Shown here: in pieces, positions 57,479-64,000 of the stretch
Layout: each line of letters opens with the position of its first letter
How positions within the stretch are numbered: the stretch's first letter is position 1
Source of the DNA: Diplonema japonicum
Lineage: Eukaryota; Protista; Euglenozoa: Diplonemea
Reading direction: 5' to 3'
NCBI GenBank assembly: GCA_964019335.1
Contig: OZ025652.1
Span: 124,001-188,000 of the forward strand
DNA: 64,000 nt
Made by a program: the position numbers and the translations under genes
Notes under the pieces: generated by a model
Databases searched by the model: none
What the model saw: the letters and a program-made list of their open reading frames with translations, nothing else
Told to the model about the DNA's origin: nothing

Positions 57479-58544
57479 ATTTTCTTTTTTCCGATTTTCC
57501 CCCCTCTCTTCCCCTTCCTGTTGTGAAATTGAGGAATTGGGCAATTGGTTACATAAAGAGAACCGAAGAAAACGAAGGAGAAAGAAAAAAAAAATCACCC
57601 AATACTCCTTCCCACTTCTTTCTGTGTTGTTTGTTGTGAGGGGGAAGTTGTCTACCCGATTACTGCTATCCGTGTGAGGGGGTACAAGAATGTGACGAAT
57701 CCCCCCCCCCTTCTTTTTTGGTAAAAGGCGGTGGATTCTTTGTGGGATTTCTTGGTCATTCCCCGCCAACAATTTGGATTCTTTTTTTTTTTTTTTTTTT
57801 TTTTATAATGTTCTACTTCAAATTTTAACTTCCTGTCCCGTAAGAAAAGGGGTCCTCAACAAAAAAAATGTAGTTTTTTTTTTTTTTTCATTACTATTTT
57901 CATTTTTGCTATTTAGTTTTCTTCTCGAGGACCGCACCCCTTTTTTTTTATTCTTCGGGGGAAGCAAAACAAACGGGTGAACTGCTAAGACCAGACAGGC
58001 CTAACAGAACATCTACTCTTTTTTTTTTTTCATTTCTTTTTTTTTTAAAATCCCTTCTGAAGAAGGTAACTGTATGGAGGGATAAAGAAACAGACTGCTG
58101 AAGAAAAAAAAAAAGGAAATTCTTTTCCCCCTCTTCATCGTCCCTCGAAAGATTATAATAAGATGTACCCAAATATTATAAAAACGTTCAAATCCCTGAG
58201 AAGCGGGGAACACCCGAAGTACTTCCAACCCAACCTCCGAAGGGAGATGAAACACGCTTGGATACAGGTCCCCCTCCCCCCCCCCCCCCCCCCCCCGCAA
58301 ACTAGAAAAGAAAGAAAAAAAACGCAAAATCTTCAAAAAAAAAAAATACTACAAAGTGCGAGAGTAAGTGGAAATGTAAAAAAGAAAAAAAGAAAAAAAA
58401 GAAAACGCCAGATGGGAGAGGAAAAAAAAAAAAAAAAAAAAAAAAAAGAAAGAAAGATGGACCTTCTCAAGATCGAGAGATATGTATCTATTTCAACTCG
58501 GTTTCTCTTTTTTTTTTTTTTTTTTTTTTTTCTTTCCTTTAAAA

Positions 58545-59223
58545 CTACGCCATCCCATAGGAATCAGCTTCACGACCTGCAGGGCTGCCATCATTCTGGT
58601 TGTTGAACGTTTCTAGGAAAGGAACGTTAGGATGCTCAGTTTGTCCAGCGTCCGGGTTGCTCTTATGGTTCCCCTTGTTCACAAAGAACGACATCCCGGT
58701 TGCTTCTGCTGCACGCTTGATGTCGGCAGCCTTCTTTTTCCGCAACCCGCTCTTAAGAGTCAGGATTTCCATGTAGCAGTCTCGACGAATAAAGTAGGTA
58801 GCCACCCAGTCTGTCCATGACAATTGCCCTTGATCTTCCTTATCGATAAGTGGAGGCAGGCCTTCAATAACAACTTTTGCGGCTCTTGATTTTGTGTTCA
58901 ATTTGAACGTTTCCTTTAGATGCTCTCTGTAATCATCTACTGTGATGTAGGCCTGACCCGCTTCATCGATCTTAATTAGTTTCATGAACTCATTCCTCAT
59001 TCCGTAAAATGATTCGTTGTCGATTCTGCCGTACACCTGGAAAGCTTGGTCGTACGATAGGTCGTTGGTCTCGTCAAGTTCCAAGGGGCACGTCGGGTCC
59101 TCGTCGATGAGGCCGATTCTCTCCATTCTTCGCTTGTCCTCAATCAAGGCAGCACGCTCTTTCCTTTCAGAAAGGAAGTCGATTACCTCATCACGCGACA
59201 GTGTTGTGGTCTTCGTACTGTGG

Positions 59224-59260
<37 letters not shown>

Positions 59261-59332
59261 CATACAGCACTTCAATCCAATCCCCCACGCTGATCAAACC
59301 GGTCCCTGTAACATCAATCAACGCAAAGAGCT

Positions 59333-59365
<33 letters not shown>

Positions 59366-62300
59366 TTAATGCCAATAATACCAGATCCAACTGCTCCTGG
59401 CTTAGTGTGACCCCAATCGTCGATTTGAACAACATTGAAAACTCCAGCTTGTCGAGACGGCCTGAGGGGGATAAAAATTCAATGGGGGAAGGAAAGGAAA
59501 AAGGGAAAACCTGTGCCTGACTTGTCGAACTTCTTAAACTCCGCCTCCAGATTCCTCCTGAACTGCGCCTTGTCTCCGTGGTGCAGCCTCGCAATGGAAA
59601 GAAGCCCTTCGATGGGCCCGTCACGAAGCAGCTCTGATTTGTGCTGTTCGAGCTGAGTGGACTTCCTTAAAATATAAACGAGAAGGATAGAGAGGATTAT
59701 CTATTAGGCGTTGTATGTCAATAGTTGGTAGCATACCCCACAGAGAAGCAAGTACACAAGGAACAGTAGGCACGATGAAACGATGGGCAACCACTTGTGC
59801 AAGAAAGTGATGACCTCTACCTTGCACGTCTGCGAGTAGAGCGCATTGGTGAGCTCACAGTCGCTCGGGCAGTTCTTAGGAGAGAAGACTCTGTCACAGG
59901 CTACGTTCCACCCACTGCACTTGAACTGCTTCTGTGCCGTGCATACAAGCCCCGGGTCGCTGCTCACCGCATCAGTCCACTGGTCCTCCAGATATGATTG
60001 CACTGAGCTGCCATTGTCGTCAGAGTTGTATCCCACATAATACAGCAGCACCACCACCACCATGATGGCCAAGATGATCAACAGTAATAAGCAGCTGCTG
60101 AAGATCAACGGTACGACCCTGTTCGGATTGGTTGTGTTGTGCGGTACATACTTCTTCGAGTAAGCGGAGGTCCACCCCACCGATCCTATCAGGAACAAGC
60201 CACCCGCCATTGCCATTCCCGCAATCAGCCCCAGCTTGGCCACCGCACCAACCTTTTGGTACAGCACGGCAAGGAACACGCACAACCCGATAGCACCCAG
60301 CACGAAGACAATGTTGGAGCTGACCAAAATACGTCCGATGTACCTGTGGTTGTGGTGGTGTGCATGGTCTGCATACTTGATAGGTTTGCTCATGGTGTCC
60401 TCCATGCATTTCTTGGGCTCGTCACTCATAATGATTAAAATAAAGTACAGGAAAATGAAGATGCACAACCCGGCCCCTACTAAGGCACCCCCAAGACCGA
60501 AGATCCAGTTCTCGATTGCCTTGACCGTCTCGTCCAGGTCGGTGGGGTTCTCGTAAGCTTTCGTTGTGTAGTTGAAGTTGCAGTTGCCGTCGGGGCTGGT
60601 GCATCTTGCGTAGTATCTGTACTGGGTAGGGGTCAGGGTCGCTCTGAACGGTCCGCTAGAAGGGCACGTGAACCGGGCGCTGTCCCCAAGTTCCGTGGTG
60701 ATATCGTTTAAGCTGTTGACAACTTCTATCTGCCAGACAGAGGTGGCGTTGTCCATGATCACCGGTCTGTGCTGCGGGAGGATGAAAGACGTCTTGTCGA
60801 CGACGCTGATGGACAGCGTGTGCCGCCCGACGCTCAGGCTGTTTTGAATGGCACTCAGGATGACATATGAGCCAGAGGCGACAGGGATCACCTGGTCATC
60901 CAGCATCCACGTCAGGTCGTACTCCCTCTCATCCCTGTTTGACAACACATGGAATAGCTTATCGTTGACAAAGAATGTGGCATTTTCACTTCCCACCTCT
61001 AACGACAGGAATGTAACCGTCTTCTCTGCGTGCGGACACGTAGGCCTCGTAAGGTTCAGACCGTTGCTGTACAGCTGCAGTGCCGACGCCTCTCGGCAAA
61101 CAGGACAGAGCGTCTTCCCTTCCACCTTTTCCATGATACACGGGGTCCCGTCAAGCTTACCTGGTTTGAAGAAGTTGCTAAAGTAGCAACCCTGCCCAGG
61201 TGTGGCAGGTACCTCCCCCTTGTCTATCCACCCCTGCCACCCGAGGTCCTTGGTCGACGCTGCACAGTTCTTTTCGCACAACGGAAGCGACGTGTCGTAC
61301 TTGTTGTTGAAAGGAGGGGCACAGTTCCTCCCTGACTCCGTGGCGGCCACGGTGTACTCATCGGATAGGTCGGTCATGGCATGCCCCAGCTCGTGGAATA
61401 ACAGAGACCTGCCCACCGGATCCGTTGCTTTCAGTGGCTTGGAGTACAGTGTTGCCATGCGGAGGGTGGTCGAGTAGAGGCCCGAGCCGCCGTAGTCGTT
61501 GTCATTCACCAGTACAATGACAACGGTGTTCACGAGGCCTGCTGATGCTGGCCCTGTGTCGGCCAGCGAGATGGTGCGAGGCCTGCTGCACTGCAGGATA
61601 CGTGCCGGCTCTGTAGACGAGCCTGTTCCATACGTGCAGCCAAGGTTGTTGTTGACAGTGACCCCGTTGGCAGGCTTGGAGGCACCTTTGTCGACTGAAG
61701 GCTCGAAGATGGAGAACGTGTTCATGGCCGGGAAGTACCGAGCAAGAGGGAATTGAGCAGCGTCGAACTGCAAGTAGTTAATAGCAGCCTCGACATCTGC
61801 ATTGAAGGTAGCATCCTCACCAGCAAGGTAGCCGGCGGAGAGGAAAACAAGGTTTTGGGTGTCTTTGGGGTCACCAATGCTCTGGATGGTGGTGAAAATA
61901 CCACCTTCGACTCCAGGGATGACTTCAGTGGGGGAAGCCTTGCGGGTGGGGAGGTGTAGGGGGGTGATGACAGTGCCGTTCAATGCCGTGAGGAGGAGGC
62001 CTGTTGCTTCGGTGTGGATGTGTAGTGTGTAGAGAGGCGTGTGCTTGATGAAGTGGCCTTTGGGAGTCATGCGGGCGGACTCCTTGCTGAGAAAAGAGGG
62101 GAGGTACCAGGGATTGGTGTCTTCGACCCATTCACTCCTGCTTCCAGGGTGCTTCTCGTCATCTCCGAACAAGCCCACTACGCACGTTTCCCCGTTAACT
62201 GTGTACTGCATGTTGTAGTGGTGCTGGCTTCCCACATCGATCCCCTTTCGGGCACCCCACACGTTCCCACACCAAGCTACATCTGTCTCGTGCTTACTCC

Positions 62301-62415
62301 GCTGCGAATGTGTTATCTTTATCTTCTCGACATCTCCCTCCAGGATTAAAAGTACCGACTCCTGCTCTGCGTGCACCACTGCCGCTAGCAGCAACGCTGC
62401 TAACACCCATTTCAT
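58545..62415 (-). CDS. Signal peptide + M64 (IgA peptidase-type) metallopeptidase + TM + tetraspanin-like 4TM + EF-hands (~1206 aa); introns 60344..60376, 60119..60151, 59701..59736, 59462..59510, 59331..59381, 59218..59265
   Basis: M64: NLVFLSAGY, VLVND..YGGSG, HELGH...LSDEY, CIM...LCPVCRE. Tetraspanin: TM1 Asn, QKQFKCSG, EC2 cysteines. EF loops DKSGTGRLDKLEF and DVTGTGLISVGDW. Spliced length is 3621 nt. Confidence 0.85.
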
Positions 62416-62958
62416 TGTGCCAGGGTGCCCTGCGGGATGGTTCTATGGTTTTTTGCAAAAAAGCACGCGAAGAAATAATACGGAAAGAAACGTGACAGAG
62501 TAGGAGAAAAAAAAAGGAGGAAAGAAGAAAAGAAGGGGGAAAAAAAAAAGGAAAAAAAGAGCAGGCCATTGAGAATGGGGCAGCAGTGTGTCACTTGCCG
62601 ATGGCGGAGACAGGTGGATGCAGAAAAACAAAAACAAAGAAAATATAAAAGACAAAAATAATAAAAAAAAAAACACTTGAAGCCTTTTCCTTTTTTCCAT
62701 TCTGTTTCTCTTTTTGAAAACGCGAAGAAAAAAGAAAAAAGGAATGGGGGGGGGGCTCGTTTATATCTATCCTTCTACTGTGTTCCTTTTCATTCTCTTT
62801 TATTCCTTCCTCACGCTCATCAGGGACTTGCCGTCCAAATCTATTTTTCAAAAAAAAATGTATAACCTGACGCAGAAAGAACGGGCTCAGCGTGGGCGTT
62901 TGTAATGCAAGAAAAATACTTCTATTCATTTCACATCATGTGCCACACCAAGCATCGC

Positions 62959-62993
<35 letters not shown>

Positions 62994-63011
62994 CTCTTCA
63001 AGGCCTTTCTT

Positions 63012-64000
63012 TTAAATATTTTGCACCACATCCTGGGGCTGCTCATGTTCGTCCTCGCTTTCAATCTCCGAGTAGACATCCATCTCCCCTTCGGGTTCGA
63101 AGCCATCGTGGTCCATGCAGTTGAACGCACCATCTCCATCCTCGTGTAGGCGCTTTCCTGGTGGCGGCAGGATATTCTGAACGCTTGTCACGGGCTGTCT
63201 TTCCTCCTCTTGAACGGCTTCCTGAAAATGTTTTCTTCCTTTTCGTTTTCTTTTTTTTGCATCAATACCTTGACATAACTCACGTAAACAACCAATGTCC
63301 CCTCCCTACCCGTCTTCAGCAAGGTTGAGTATGCTATCGAAGGCCATCTTCCGGGTTTGCATTCAGACGATTTGTATAAAACCTCTCCTTGCAGGTTGGT
63401 GATCCGGAACCAACACGGAATGGTACGGTGCTGCCGTTGAGATATTTGGAGTGTGACGTTGGTACGCTTTTCAGGGTGCACGTTGAACTTGATGCAGCAC
63501 ATGTCTTCCTGTGTAATGCGGGAGAAGCCCTTGCTGTAGTAAGGACCGATTCTGACGTTTTTGAAGTTCGGGATGGTCCAGACGTATTCCCCAAGGTTCC
63601 CTGTGTTGCTGATGGTATCGTTGTCGAACTGGAACCACACCACGCACGTGTCGTCGCCTGCCTTTTGGACGGCTGACGTGACGAGACTTTTTTGGCACAC
63701 GTTGTAGTGCCCGCACCTCTTGCACTCAGCAGGGATTGAGTGTGCGGTGTGCTGCCTCACCACCCTTCCCGTTGTCGTTCCTATAGCGTAAGTGTACTTC
63801 GGGATAGGCTTTGCTTTGTAATGTATGTAAAAGCCGACGATGTCTGCACCGTCCTTCTCCTCGAGCACCATGTGGAAGTGGAACTCCGCGCCCTTCTCCG
63901 TTGTCATCAGCTCGGAGTCCATGATCTTGAAACCCCGCTTCCTCTCCCACTCGTTAATCTCCCAACGCCACTGCCTCCCTGGAATCGTCTCCGCTATCGT
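63012..64000 (-). CDS. MATH/TRAF-like domain protein, 5' end beyond the window; intron 63222..63268
   Basis: WRWEINEW...FHFHMVL...VGFYIHY and YVWTIPNF...YYSKGF; the last exon gives an acidic tail ending DVVQNI*. Confidence 0.7.

Noticed and set aside
55345-62415. Apparent cytoskeleton/calcium cluster (TBCE, centrin, EF-hand protein)
   Set aside because: Gene order in one-strand euglenozoan clusters is generally not functional, and these gene types are common; no shared regulatory evidence.
15700-63300. Alternative genetic code or non-canonical introns to explain broken ORFs
   Set aside because: Every break examined is resolved by an ordinary GT-AG micro-intron under the standard code.
4300-63700. 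Numerous plus-strand ORFs of 60-250 aa in the ORF track
   Set aside because: They are antisense shadows of GC-rich minus-strand genes or poly-Lys/Phe translations of homopolymers; only the piggyBac remnants show family motifs.

Overview
Eukaryotic nuclear DNA, most likely a euglenozoan of diplonemid type. That assignment is an inference from several signs: every host gene lies on the minus strand like a kinetoplastid polycistronic cluster, there is a trypanosome-type flagellar Ca-binding protein and a glycosomal-type malate dehydrogenase ending in ARL, and many genes are split by tiny GT-AG cis-introns. About 33 protein genes are annotated, and about 33 introns of 32-71 nt were reconstructed by hand. 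For every complete spliced gene, intron removal gives a length divisible by 3. Recognisable genes include SRP54, FEN1, RPB5, TBCE, centrin, CTNNBL1, NTPCR, a Ras-family GTPase, a DHX57/29-like helicase, a TOM1-like VHS-GAT protein, TMEM144, Mpv17, an MFS transporter and a CaiB CoA-transferase. The only supported plus-strand coding sequence is a dead 1787-bp piggyBac element with intact TIRs and TTAA sites. The two strongest novelty candidates are multidomain membrane proteins. The first is a glutaredoxin-DUF4395-TDT/SLAC1 channel-hemerythrin fusion, which sits with the piggyBac between two identical FCaBP copies. The second is a ~1206-aa M64 metallopeptidase-tetraspanin-EF-hand protein that is only visible after splicing. 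The micro-intron system (AC-rich or poly(A) 3' ends, several in-frame and stop-free) and an IQ-pseudocaspase-thioredoxin-like protein also merit checking. All domain calls are by eye from motifs; no searches were run.
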